From: Camelus dromedarius
Lineage: Eukaryota
DNA length: 64,000 bases
NCBI RefSeq assembly: GCF_036321535.1
Contig: NC_087436.1
Coordinates: 3,410,001 to 3,474,000, forward strand
Direction: 5' to 3'
The notes beneath the pieces were generated by a model that made no database searches, was not told where the DNA came from, and saw only the letters and a program-made list of their open reading frames with translations. Below, piece by piece: positions 1-13,750 of this stretch. The position numbers and the translations under genes are program-made. Positions within the stretch are counted from its first letter, which is position 1, and the number at the start of each line of letters is the position of its first letter.

Positions 1-2538
1 AGACGTTCGTTCATCTAGCAAAAATGGAACGGGTTGTAGGAGAAACTTTTACTCTGGTTTCTCAGTCTGTTTCCTAGTGCCGATTTGAAGTTCCTGCAGT
101 TTTCACTGTAAAACCGTGTTGGAGCTTGTAACTCCCCATATATATGTATGGAGTGGGGTTTGCAACTGAAAAAAACTTTGTGTTTCCAACAAGCTAGGTG
201 AAGGACGGCGTTCACACACAATTATCTCTCAGAACTGAGCATGTGGAGAGACGTTCGTTCATCTAGCAGAAAGGGAACGGGTTGCAGGAGAAACATTTAC
301 TCTGGTTTCTCAGTCTGTTTCCTAGTGCCGGTTTGAAGTTCCTGCAGTTTTCACTGTAAAACAGAGTTGGAGCTAGTACCTCCCCATACATATGTATGGA
401 GTGGATTCTGCAACTGAAAAGAAACTTTGTGTTCCCAACAAGCTAGGTGAAGGACAGCTTAAACACACACTTATCTCTCAGAACTGAGCATGTGGAGTGA
501 CGTTCGTTCATCTAGCACAAAGGGAACGGTTTGCTTTAGAAACTTTTACTCTGGTTTCTCAGTCTGTTTCCTAGTGCCGGTTTGAAGTTCCTGCAGTTTT
601 CACAGCAATACCGAGTTGGAGCTTGTACCTCCCCATATATATGTATGGAGTGGGGTTTGCTACTGAAAAGAATCTTTGTTTTCCCAACAAGCAATTTGAA
701 GGACGGCTTTCTCACACACTTATCTCTCAGAACTGAGCATGTGGAGAGACTTTCGTTCATCTAGCACAAAGGGAACGGGTTGCAGGAGAAACTTTTACTC
801 TGGTTTCTCAGTCTGTTTCCTAGTGCCGGTTTGAAGTTCCTGCAGTTTTCACTGTAAAACCGAGTTGGAGTTTGTACCTCACCATACATATGTATGGAGT
901 GGATTTTGCAACTGAAAAGAAACTTTGTGTTCCCAACAAGATAGGAGAAGGACGGCTTTAACACAAACTTATCTCTCAGAACTGAGCATGTGGAGAGACG
1001 TTAGTTCATCTAGCACAAAGGGAACGGGTTGCTTTAGAAACTTTTACTCTGGTTACTCAGTCTGTTTCCTAGTGCTGGGGTGAAGTTCCTGCAGTTTTCA
1101 CAGCAATACCGAGTTGGAGTTTGTAACTCCCCATATATATGTATGGATTGGGTTTGCAACTGAAAAGAATCTTTGTGTTCCCAACAAGCTATTTGAAGGA
1201 CGGCTTTCACACACACTTATCTCTCAGAAATGAGCATGTGGAGAGACGTTCGTTCATCTATCACAAATGGAATGGGTTGCATGTGAAACTTTTACTCTGG
1301 TTTCTCAGTCTGTTTCCTAGAGCCGGTTTGAAGTTCCTGCAGTTTTCACTGTAAAACCGAGTTGGAAATAGTACCTCCCCATATATATGTATGGAGTGGA
1401 GTTAGAAACTGAAAAGAAACTATGTGTTCCCAACAAGCTATATGAAGGACGGCTTTCACACACACTTATCTCTCAGAACTTAGCATGTGGAGAGACGTTC
1501 GTTCATATAGCACAAAGGGAACGGGTTGCAGGAGAAACTTTTACTCTGGTTTCTCAGTCTGTTTCCTAGTGCCGGTTTGAAGTTCCTACAGTTTTCACTG
1601 TAAAACCGAGTTGGAGCTAGTACCCCCCCATATATATGTATGGGGTGGAGTTGGCAACTGAAAAGAAAGTTTGTGTTCCCAACAAGCTAGGTGAAGGACG
1701 GCTTTCACACACATTTATCACTCAGAACTGACCATGTGGAGAGACGTTCGTTCATTTAGCAAAAATGGAACGGGTTGTAGGAGAAAATTTTACTCTGGTT
1801 TCTCAGTCTGTTTCCTAGTGCCGATTTGAAGTTCCTGCAGTTTTCACTGTAAAACCGAGTTGGAGCTTGTAACTCCCCATATATATGTATGGAGTGGGGT
1901 TTGCAACTGAAAAAAAACTTTGTGTTTCCAAAAAGCTAGGTGAAGGACGGCGTTCACACACAATTATCTCTCAGAACTGAGCATGTGGAGAGACGTTCGT
2001 TCATCTAGCACAAAGGGAACGGGTTGCTTTAGAAACTTTTACTCTGGTTACACAGTCTGTTTCCTAGTGCCGGGGTGAAGTTCCTGCAGTTTTCCCAGCA
2101 ATACCGAGTTGGAGCTTGTACCTCCCCATATGTATGTATGGAGTGGAGTTTGAAACTGAAAAGAAACTATGTGTTCCCAACAAGCTATATGAAGGACGGC
2201 TTTCACACACACTTATCTCTCAGAACTGAGCATGTGGAGAGACGTTCGTTCATATAGCACAAAGGGAACGGGTTGCAGGAGAAACTTTTACTCTGGTTTC
2301 TCAGTCTGTTTCCTAGTGCCGGTTTGAAGTTCCTACAGTTTTCACTGTAAAACCGAGTTGGAGCTAGTACGTCCCCATATATATGTATGGAGTGGAGTTT
2401 GCAACTGAAAAGAAATTTTGTGTTCCCAACAAGCTAGTTGAAGGACGGCTTTCACACACACATTTCTCTCAGAACAGAGCATGTGGAGAGACGTTCGTTC
2501 ATCTAGCACAAAGGGAACGGGTTGCTTTAGAAACTTTT

Positions 2539-5500
2539 ACTGGTTTCTCAGTCTGTTTCCTAGTGCCGGTTTGAAGTTCCTGCTGTTTTCACAGCAATAC
2601 CGAGTTGGAGCTTGTACCTCCCCATATATATGTATGGAGTGGGGTTTGCAACTGAAAAGAATCTTTGTTTTCCCAACAAGCTATGTGAAGGACGGCTTTC
2701 TCACACACTTATCTCTCAGAACTGAGCATGTGGAGAGACTTTCTTTCATCTAGCACAAAGGGAACGGGTTGCAGGAGAAACTTTTACTCTGGTTTCTCAG
2801 TCTGTTTCCTAGTGCCGGGTTGAAGTTCCTGCAGTTTTCTCTGTAACACCGAGTTGGAGCTAGTACCCTCCCATATATATGTATGGGGTGGAGTTGGGAA
2901 CTGAAAAGAAAGTTTGTGTTCCCAACAAGCTAGGTGAAGGACGGCTTTCACACACATTTATCACTCAGAACTGACCATGTGGAGAGACGTTCGTTCATTT
3001 AGCAAAAATGGAATGGGGTTGTAGGAGAAAATTTTACTCTGTTTTCTCAGTCTGTTTCCTAGTGCCGATTTGAAGTTCCTGCCGTTTTCACTGTAAAACC
3101 GAGTTGGAGCTTGTTACTCCCCATATATATGTATGGAGTGGGGTTTGCAACTGAAAAAAAACTTTCTGTTTCCAAAAAGCTAGGTGAAGGACGGCGTTCA
3201 CACACAATTATCTCTCAGAACTTAGCATGTGGAGAGACGTTCGTTCATCTAGCACAAAGGGAACGGGTTGCAGGAGAAACATTTTCTCTGGTTTCTCAGT
3301 CTGTTTCCTAGTGCCGGTTTGAAGTTCCTGCAGTTTTCACTGTAAAATCGAGTTGGAGTTTGTACCTCACCATACATATGTATGGAGTGGATTTTGCAAC
3401 TAAAAAGAAACTTTGTGTTCCCAACAATATAGGAGAAGGACGGCTTTAACACAAACATATCTCTCAGAACTGAGCATGTGGAGAGACGTTCGTTCATCTA
3501 GCACAAAGGGAATGGGATGCTTTAGAAACTTTTACTCTGGTTACTCAGTCTGTTTCCTAGTGCCGGGGTGAAGTTCCTGCAGTTTTCACAGCAATACCGA
3601 GTTGGAGCTTGTACCTCCCCATATATATGTATGGAGTGGAGTTTGAAACTGAAAAGAAACTATGTGTTCCCAACAAGCTATATGAAGGACGGCTTTCACA
3701 CACACTTATCTCTCAGAACTGAGCATGTGGAGAGACGTTCGTTCATATAGCACAAAGGGAACGGGTTGCAGGTGAAACTTTTACTCTGGTTTCTCAGTCT
3801 GTTTCCTAGTGTCGGTTTGAAGTTCCTACAGTTTTCACTGTAAAACCGAGTTGGAGCTAGTACGTCCCCATATATATGTATGGAGTGGAGTTTGCAACTG
3901 AAAAGAAACTTTGTGTTCCCAACAAGCTAGTTGAAGGACGGCTTTCACACACACATTTCTCTCAGAACAGAGCATGTGTAGAGACGTTCGTTCATCTAGC
4001 ACAAAGGGAACGGGTTGCTTTAGAAACTTTTACTCTGGTTTCTCAGTCTGTTTCCTAGTGCCGGTTTGAAGTTCCTGCAGTTTTCACTGTAAAACCGAGT
4101 TGGAGTTTGTACCTCACCATACATATGTATGGAGTGGATTTTGCAACTGAAAAGAAACTTTGTGTTCCCAACATGCTATGTGAAGGACGGCTTTCACACA
4201 CACTTATCTCTCAGAACTGAGCATGTGGAGAGACTTTCGTTCATCTAGCACAAAGGGAACGGGTTGCAGGAGAAACTTTTACTCTGGTTTCTCAGTCTGT
4301 TTCCTAGTGCCGGGTTGAAGTTCCTGCAGTTTTCTCTGTAACACCGAGTTGGAGCTAGTACCCTCCCATATATATGTATGGAGTGGAGTTGGCAACTGAA
4401 AAGAAAGTTTGTGTTCCCATCAAGCTAGCTGAAGGACGGCTTTCACACACATTTATCACTCAGAACTGAGCATGTGGAGAGACGTTCGTTCATCTAGCAA
4501 AAAGGGAACGGGTTGTAGGAGAAACTTTTACTCTGGTTTCTCAGTCTGTTTCCTAGTGCCGATTTGAAGTTCCTGCAGTTTTCACTGTAAAACCGAGTTG
4601 GAGCTTGTAACACCCCATATATATGTATGGAGTGGGGTTTGGAACTGAAAAAAAACTTTGTGTTTCCAACAAGCTAGGTGAAGGTCGGCTTTCACACACA
4701 ATTATCTCTCAGAACTGAGCATGTGGAGAGACGTTCGTTCATCTAGCACAAAGGGTACGGGTTGCAGGAGAAACTCTTACACTGGTTTCTCAGTCTGTTT
4801 CCTAGTGCCGGTTTGAAGTTCCTGCAGTTTTCACTGTAAAACCGAGTTGGAGATTGTACCTCACCATACATATGTATGGAGTGGATTTTGCAACTGAAAA
4901 GAAACTCTGTGTTCCCAACAAGTTAGGAGAAGGACGGCTTTAACACAAACTTATATCTCAGAACTGAGCATGTGGAGAGACGTTCGTTCATCTAGCACAA
5001 ATGGAACGGGTTGCTTTAGAAACTTTTACTCTGGATTCTCAGTCTGTTTCCTAGTGCCGGTTTGAAGTTCCTGCAGTTTTCACTGTAAAACCGTGTTGGA
5101 GCTTGTAACTCCAAATATATATGTATGGAGTGGGGTTTGCAACTGAAAAAAAAACTTTGTGTTTCCAACAAGCTAGTTGAAGGACGGCGTTCACACACAA
5201 TTATCTCTCAGAACTGAGCATGTGGAGAGACGTTCGTTCATCTAGCACAAAGGGTACGGGTTGCAGGAGAAACTTTTACTCTGGTTTCTCAGTCTGTTTC
5301 CTAGTGCCGGTTTGAAGTTCCTGCAGTTTTCACTGTAAAACCGAGTTGGAGTTTGTACCTCACCATACATATGTATGGAGTGGATTTTGCAACTGAAAAG
5401 AAACTTTGTGTTCCCAACCAGATAGGGGAAGGACGGCTTTAACACAAACTTATCTCTCAGAACTGAGCATGTGGAGAGACGTTCGTTCATCTAGCACAAA

Positions 5501-8500
5501 GGGAACGGGTTGCTTTAGAAACTATTTCTCTGGTTACTCAGTCTGTTTCCTAGTGCCGGGGTGAAGTTCCTGCAGTTTTCCCAGCAATACCGAGTTGGAG
5601 CTTGTACCTCCCCATATGTATGTATGGAGTGGAGTTTGAAACTGAAAAGGAACTATGTGTTCCCAACAAGCTATATGAAGGGCGGCTTTCACACACACTT
5701 ATCTCTCAGAACTGAGCATGTGGAGAGACGTTCGTTCATATAGCACAAAGGGAACGGGTTGCAGGAGAAACTTTTACTCTGGTTTCTCAGTCTGTTTTCT
5801 AGTGCCGGTTTGAAGTTCCTACAGTTTTCACTGTAAAACCGAGTTGGAGCTAGTACGTCCCCATATATATGTATGGAGTGGAGTTTGCAACTGAAAAGAA
5901 ACTTTGTGTTCCCAACAAGCTAGTTGAAGGACGGCTTTCACACACACATTTCTCTCAGAACAGAGCATGTGGAGAGACGTTCGTTCATCTAGCACAAAGG
6001 GAACGGGTTGCTTTAGAAACTTTTACTGGTTTCTCAGTCTGTTTCCTAGTGCCGGTTTGAAGTTCCTGCTGTTTTCACAGCAATACCGAGTTGGAGCTTG
6101 TACCTCCCCATATATATGTATGGAGTGGGGTTTGCAACTGAAAAGAATCTTTGTATTCCCAACAAGCTATGTGAAGGACGGCTTTCTCACACACTTATCT
6201 CTCAGAACTGAGCATGTGGAGAGACTTTCGTTCATCTAGCACAAAGGGAACGGGTTGCAGGAGAAACTTTTACTCTGGTTTCTCAGTCTGTTTCCTAGTG
6301 CCGGGTTGAAGTTCCTGCAGTTTTCTCTGTAACACCGAGTTGGAGCTAGTACCCTCCCATATATATGTATGGGGTGGAGTTGGCAACTGAAAAGAAAGTT
6401 TGTGTTCCCAACAAGCTAGGTGAAGGACGGCTTTCACACACATTTATCACTCAGAACTGAGCATGTGGAGAGACGTTCTTTCATCTAGCAAAAATGGAAC
6501 GGGTTGTAGGAGAAAATTTTACTCTGGTTTCTCAGTCTGTTTCCTAGTGCCGATTAGAAGTTCCTGCAGTTTTCACTGTAAAACCGAGTTGGAGCTTGTT
6601 ACTCCCCATATATATGTATGGAGTGGGGTTTGCAACTGAAAAAAAACTTTGTGTTTCCAAAAAGCTATGTGAAGGACGGCGTTCACACACAATTATCTCT
6701 CAGAACTGAGCATGTGGAGAGACGTTCGTTCATCTAGCACAAAGGGTACGGGTTGCAGGAGAAACTTTTACTCTGGTTTCTCAGTCTGTTTCCTAGTGCC
6801 GGTTTGAAGTTCCTGCAGTTTTCACTGTAAAACCGAGTTGGAGCTAGTACGTCCCCATATATATGTATGGAGTGGAGTTTGCAACTGAAAAGAAACTTTG
6901 TATTCCCAAAAAGCTAGTTGAAGGACGGCTTTCACACACACATTTCTCTCAGAACAGAGCATGTGGAGAGACGTTCGTTCATCTAGCACAAAGGGTACGG
7001 GTTGCCGGAGAAACTCTTACACTGGTTTCTCAGTCTGTTTCCTAGTGCCGGTTTGAAGTTCCTGCTGTTTTCACAGCAATACCGAGTTGGAGCTTGTACC
7101 TCCCCATATATATGTATGGAGTGGGGTTTGCAACTGAAAAGAATCTTTGTTTTCCCAACAAGCTATGTGAAGGACGGCTTTCTCACACACTTATCTCTCA
7201 GAACTGAGCATGTGGAGAGACTTTCTTTCATCTAGCACAAAGGGAACGGGTTGCAGGAGAAACTTTTACTCTGGTTTCTCAGTCTGTTTCCTAGTGCCGG
7301 GTTGAAGTTCCTGCAGTTTTCTCTGTAACACCGAGTTGGAGCTAGTACCCTCCCATATATATGTATGGGGTGGAGTTGGGAACTGAAAAGAAAGTTTGTG
7401 TTCCCAACAAGCTAGGTGAAGGACGGCTTTCACACACATTTATCACTCAGAACTGACCATGTGGAGAGACGTTCGTTCATTTAGCAAAAATGGAATGGGG
7501 TTGTAGGAGAAAATTTTACTCTGTTTTCTCAGTCTGTTTCCTAGTGCCGATTTGAAGTTCCTGCCGTTTTCACTGTAAAACCGAGTTGGAGCTTGTTACT
7601 CCCCATATATATGTATGGAGTGGGGTTTGCAACTGAAAAAAAACTTTCTGTTTCCAAAAAGCTAGGTGAAGGACGGCGTTCACACACAATTATCTCTCAG
7701 AACTTAGCATGTGGAGAGACGTTCGTTCATCTAGCACAAAGGGAACGGGTTGCAGGAGAAACATTTTCTCTGGTTTCTCAGTCTGTTTCCTAGTGCCGGT
7801 TTGAAGTTCCTGCAGTTTTCACTGTAAAATCGAGTTGGAGTTTGTACCTCACCATACATATGTATGGAGTGGATTTTGCAACTAAAAAGAAACTTTGTGT
7901 TCCCAACAATATAGGAGAAGGACGGCTTTAACACAAACATATCTCTCAGAACTGAGCATGTGGAGAGACGTTCGTTCATCTAGCACAAAGGGAATGGGAT
8001 GCTTTAGAAACTTTTACTCTGGTTACTCAGTCTGTTTCCTAGTGCCGGGGTGAAGTTCCTGCAGTTTTCACAGCAATACCGAGTTGGAGCTTGTACCTCC
8101 CCATATATATGTATGGAGTGGAGTTTGAAACTGAAAAGAAACTATGTGTTCCCAACAAGCTATATGAAGGACGGCTTTCACACACACTTATCTCTCAGAA
8201 CTGAGCATGTGGAGAGACGTTCGTTCATATAGCACAAAGGGAACGGGTTGCAGGTGAAACTTTTACTCTGGTTTCTCAGTCTGTTTCCTAGTGTCGGTTT
8301 GAAGTTCCTACAGTTTTCACTGTAAAACCGAGTTGGAGCTAGTACGTCCCCATATATATGTATGGAGTGGAGTTTGCAACTGAAAAGAAACTTTGTGTTC
8401 CCAACAAGCTAGTTGAAGGACGGCTTTCACACACACATTTCTCTCAGAACAGAGCATGTGTAGAGACGTTCGTTCATCTAGCACAAAGGGAACGGGTTGC

Positions 8501-11500
8501 TTTAGAAACTTTTACTCTGGTTTCTCAGTCTGTTTCCTAGTGCCGGTTTGAAGTTCCTGCAGTTTTCACTGTAAAACCGAGTTGGAGTTTGTACCTCACC
8601 ATACATATGTATGGAGTGGATTTTGCAACTGAAAAGAAACTTTGTGTTCCCAACATGCTATGTGAAGGACGGCTTTCACACACACTTATCTCTCAGAACT
8701 GAGCATGTGGAGAGACTTTCGTTCATCTAGCACAAAGGGAACGGGTTGCAGGAGAAACTTTTACTCTGGTTTCTCAGTCTGTTTCCTAGTGCCGGGTTGA
8801 AGTTCCTGCAGTTTTCTCTGTAACACCGAGTTGGAGCTAGTACCCTCCCATATATATGTATGGAGTGGAGTTGGCAACTGAAAAGAAAGTTTGTGTTCCC
8901 ATCAAGCTAGCTGAAGGACGGCTTTCACACACATTTATCACTCAGAACTGAGCATGTGGAGAGACGTTCGTTCATCTAGCAAAAAGGGAACGGGTTGTAG
9001 GAGAAACTTTTACTCTGGTTTCTCAGTCTGTTTCCTAGTGCCGATTTGAAGTTCCTGCAGTTTTCACTGTAAAACCGAGTTGGAGCTTGTAACACCCCAT
9101 ATATATGTATGGAGTGGGGTTTGGAACTGAAAAAAAACTTTGTGTTTCCAACAAGCTAGGTGAAGGTCGGCTTTCACACACAATTATCTCTCAGAACTGA
9201 GCATGTGGAGAGACGTTCGTTCATCTAGCACAAAGGGTACGGGTTGCAGGAGAAACTCTTACACTGGTTTCTCAGTCTGTTTCCTAGTGCCGGTTTGAAG
9301 TTCCTGCAGTTTTCACTGTAAAACCGAGTTGGAGATTGTACCTCACCATACATATGTATGGAGTGGATTTTGCAACTGAAAAGAAACTCTGTGTTCCCAA
9401 CAAGTTAGGAGAAGGACGGCTTTAACACAAACTTATATCTCAGAACTGAGCATGTGGAGAGACGTTCGTTCATCTAGCACAAATGGAACGGGTTGCTTTA
9501 GAAACTTTTACTCTGGATTCTCAGTCTGTTTCCTAGTGCCGGTTTGAAGTTCCTGCAGTTTTCACTGTAAAACCGTGTTGGAGCTTGTAACTCCAAATAT
9601 ATATGTATGGAGTGGGGTTTGCAACTGAAAAAAAAACTTTGTGTTTCCAACAAGCTAGTTGAAGGACGGCGTTCACACACAATTATCTCTCAGAACTGAG
9701 CATGTGGAGAGACGTTCGTTCATCTAGCACAAAGGGTACGGGTTGCAGGAGAAACTTTTACTCTGGTTTCTCAGTCTGTTTCCTAGTGCCGGTTTGAAGT
9801 TCCTGCAGTTTTCACTGTAAAACCGAGTTGGAGTTTGTACCTCACCATACATATGTATGGAGTGGATTTTGCAACTGAAAAGAAACTTTGTGTTCCCAAC
9901 CAGATAGGGGAAGGACGGCTTTAACACAAACTTATCTCTCAGAACTGAGCATGTGGAGAGACGTTCGTTCATCTAGCACAAAGGGAACGGGTTGCTTTAG
10001 AAACTATTTCTCTGGTTACTCAGTCTGTTTCCTAGTGCCGGGGTGAAGTTCCTGCAGTTTTCCCAGCAATACCGAGTTGGAGCTTGTACCTCCCCATATG
10101 TATGTATGGAGTGGAGTTTGAAACTGAAAAGGAACTATGTGTTCCCAACAAGCTATATGAAGGGCGGCTTTCACACACACTTATCTCTCAGAACTGAGCA
10201 TGTGGAGAGACGTTCGTTCATATAGCACAAAGGGAACGGGTTGCAGGAGAAACTTTTACTCTGGTTTCTCAGTCTGTTTTCTAGTGCCGGTTTGAAGTTC
10301 CTACAGTTTTCACTGTAAAACCGAGTTGGAGCTAGTACGTCCCCATATATATGTATGGAGTGGAGTTTGCAACTGAAAAGAAACTTTGTGTTCCCAACAA
10401 GCTAGTTGAAGGACGGCTTTCACACACACATTTCTCTCAGAACAGAGCATGTGGAGAGACGTTCGTTCATCTAGCACAAAGGGAACGGGTTGCTTTAGAA
10501 ACTTTTACTGGTTTCTCAGTCTGTTTCCTAGTGCCGGTTTGAAGTTCCTGCTGTTTTCACAGCAATACCGAGTTGGAGCTTGTACCTCCCCATATATATG
10601 TATGGAGTGGGGTTTGCAACTGAAAAGAATCTTTGTATTCCCAACAAGCTATGTGAAGGACGGCTTTCTCACACACTTATCTCTCAGAACTGAGCATGTG
10701 GAGAGACTTTCGTTCATCTAGCACAAAGGGAACGGGTTGCAGGAGAAACTTTTACTCTGGTTTCTCAGTCTGTTTCCTAGTGCCGGGTTGAAGTTCCTGC
10801 AGTTTTCTCTGTAACACCGAGTTGGAGCTAGTACCCTCCCATATATATGTATGGGGTGGAGTTGGCAACTGAAAAGAAAGTTTGTGTTCCCAACAAGCTA
10901 GGTGAAGGACGGCTTTCACACACATTTATCACTCAGAACTGAGCATGTGGAGAGACGTTCTTTCATCTAGCAAAAATGGAACGGGTTGTAGGAGAAAATT
11001 TTACTCTGGTTTCTCAGTCTGTTTCCTAGTGCCGATTAGAAGTTCCTGCAGTTTTCACTGTAAAACCGAGTTGGAGCTTGTTACTCCCCATATATATGTA
11101 TGGAGTGGGGTTTGCAACTGAAAAAAAACTTTGTGTTTCCAAAAAGCTATGTGAAGGACGGCGTTCACACACAATTATCTCTCAGAACTGAGCATGTGGA
11201 GAGACGTTCGTTCATCTAGCACAAAGGGTACGGGTTGCAGGAGAAACTTTTACTCTGGTTTCTCAGTCTGTTTCCTAGTGCCGGTTTGAAGTTCCTGCAG
11301 TTTTCACTGTAAAACCGAGTTGGAGCTAGTACGTCCCCATATATATGTATGGAGTGGAGTTTGCAACTGAAAAGAAACTTTGTATTCCCAAAAAGCTAGT
11401 TGAAGGACGGCTTTCACACACACATTTCTCTCAGAACAGAGCATGTGGAGAGACGTTCGTTCATCTAGCACAAAGGGTACGGGTTGCCGGAGAAACTCTT

Positions 11501-11556
11501 ACACTGGTTTCTCAGTCTGTTTCCTAGTGCCGGTTTGAAGTTCCTGCTGTTTTCAC
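2539..11556. repeat. Near-identical tandem duplication of an 18-monomer block (period 4482 bp)
   Basis: Ten ORF pairs have offset exactly 4482 and identical translations (3111/7593 through 6863/11345). Private variants TTCTTTCATC, GAGTTGGGAA, GAATGGGGTT and ACTTTCTGTT are present in both copies. Confidence 0.95.
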
Positions 11557-13750
11557 TGTAAAACCGTGTTGGAGCTTGTAACTCCAAATATATATGTATG
11601 GAGTGGGGTTTGCAACTGAAAAAAAAACTTTGTGTTTCCAACAAGCTAGTTGAAGGACGGCGTTCACACACAATTATCTCTCAGAACTGAGCATGTGGAG
11701 AGACGTTCGTTCATCTAGCACAAAGGGTACGGGTTGCAGGAGAAACTTTTACTCTGGTTTCTCAGTCTGTTTCCTAGTGCCGTTTTGAAGTTCCTGCAGT
11801 TTTCACTGTAAAACCGATTTGGAGTTTGTACCTCACCATACATATGTATGGAGTGGATTTTGCAACTGAAAAGAAACTTTGTGTTCCCAACAAGATCGGA
11901 GAAGGACGGCTTTAACACAAACTTATCTCTCAGAACTGAGCATGTGGAGAGACGTTCGTTCATCTAGCACAAAGGGAACGGGTTGCTTTAGAAACTTTTA
12001 CTCTGGTTACTCACTCTGTTTCCTAGTGCCGGGGTGAAGTTCCTGCAGTTTTCCCAGCAATAACGAGTTGGAGCTTGTACCTCCCCATATGTATGTATGG
12101 AGTGGAGTTTGAAACTGAAAAGGAACTATGTGTTCCCAACAAGCTATATGAAGGACGGCTTTCACACACACTTATCTCTCAGAACTGAGCATGTGGAGAG
12201 ACGTTCGTTCATATAGCACAAAGGGAACGGGTTGCAGGAGAAACTTTTACTCTGGTTTCTCAGTCTGTTTCCTAGTTCCGGTTTGAAGTTCCTACAGTTT
12301 TCACTGTAAAACCGAGTTGGAGCTAGTACGTCCCCATATATATGTATGGAGTGGAGTTTGCAACTGAAAAGAAACTTTGTGTTCCCAACAAGCTAGTTGA
12401 AGGACGGCTTTCACACACACATTTCTCTCAGAACAGAGCATGTGGAGAGACGTTCGTTCATCTAGCACAAAGGGAACGGGTTGCTTTAGAAAGTTTTACT
12501 GGTTTCTCAGTCTGTTTCCTAGTGCCGGTTTGAAGTTCCTGCTGTTTTCACAGCAATACCGAGTTGGAGCTTGTACCTCCCCATATATATGTATGGAGTG
12601 GGGTTTGCAACTGAAAAGAATCTTTGTTTTCCCAACAAGCTATGTGAAGGACGGCTTTCTCACACACTTATCTCTCAGAACTGAGCATGTGGAGAGACTT
12701 TCGTTCATCTAGCACAAAGGGAACGGATTGCAGGAGAAACTTTTACTCTGGTTTCTCAGTCTGTTTCCTAGTGCCGGGTTGAAGTTCCTGCAGTTTTCTC
12801 TGTAACACCGAGTTGGAGCTAGTACCCTCCCATATATATGTATGGGGTGGAGTTGGCAACTGAAAAGAAAGTTTGTGTTCCCAACAAGCTAGGTGAAGGA
12901 CGGCTTTCACACACATTTATCACTCAGAACTGACCATGTGGAGAGACGTTCGTTCATCTAGCAAAAATGGAACGGGTTGTAGGAGAAAATTTTACTCTGG
13001 TTTCTCAGTCTGTTTCCTAGTGCCGATTTGAAGTTCCTGCAGTTTTCACTGTAAAACCGAGTTGGAGCTTGTTACTCCCCATATATATGTATGGAGTGGG
13101 GTTTGCAACTGAAAAAAAACTTTGTGTTTCCAAAAAGCTATGTGAAGGACGGCGTTCACACACAATTATCTCTCAGAACTGAGCATGTGGAGAGACGTAC
13201 GTTCATCTAGCACAAAGGGTACGGGTTGCAGGAGAAACTTTTACTCTGGTTTCTCAGTCTGTTTCCTAGTGCCGGTTTGAAGTTCCTGCAGTTTTCACTG
13301 TAAAACCGAGTTGGAGCTAGTACGTCCCCATATATATGTATGGAGTGGAGTTTGCAACTGAAAAGAAACTTTGTATTCCCAAAAAGCTAGTTGAAGGACG
13401 GCTTTCACACACACATTTCTCTCAGAACAGAGCATGTGGAGAGACGTTCGTTCATCTAGCACAAAGGGTACGGGTTGCCGGAGAAACTCTTACACTGGTT
13501 TCTCAGTCTGTTTCCTAGTGCCGGTTTGAAGTCCCTGCTGTTTTCACTGTAAAACCGTGTTGGAGCTTGTAACTCCAAATATATATGTATGGAGTGGGGT
13601 TTGCAACTGAAAAAAAAACTTTGTGTTTCCAACAAGCTAGTTGAAGGACGGCGTTCACACACAATTATCTCTCAGAACTGAGCATGTGGAGAGACGTTCG
13701 TTCATCTAGCACAAAGGGTACGGGTTGCAGGAGAAACTTTTACTCTGGTT
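9560..13750. repeat. Tandem duplication of an 8-monomer block (period 1991 bp)
   Basis: ORF offsets 9724->11715, 10351->12342, 10449->12440, 11345->13336 and 11465->13456 are all 1991, with a few substitutions between copies. Boundaries are approximate. Confidence 0.85.

Noticed and set aside
21..115. Phased A/T tracts suggesting intrinsic curvature
   Set aside because: The tracts are short (3-4 nt) and irregularly spaced, so 10-bp phasing cannot be supported without computation.
1..249. Tandem tRNA, 5S rRNA or SINE (Pol III) unit
   Set aside because: GTTCGTTC does not fit the B box GTTCRANNC. There is no A box, cloverleaf or recognisable 5S sequence.
1..249. Assignment to a known satellite family or species
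   Set aside because: I do not recognise the sequence, and a similar monomer length alone is not evidence. A database search is needed.
253..282. CENP-B box resemblance (TTCGTT...GGAACGGG)
   Set aside because: The canonical box is TTCG-N4-A-N2-CGGG. Here TTCG and CGGG are 20 nt apart, and I saw no correctly spaced match on either strand.
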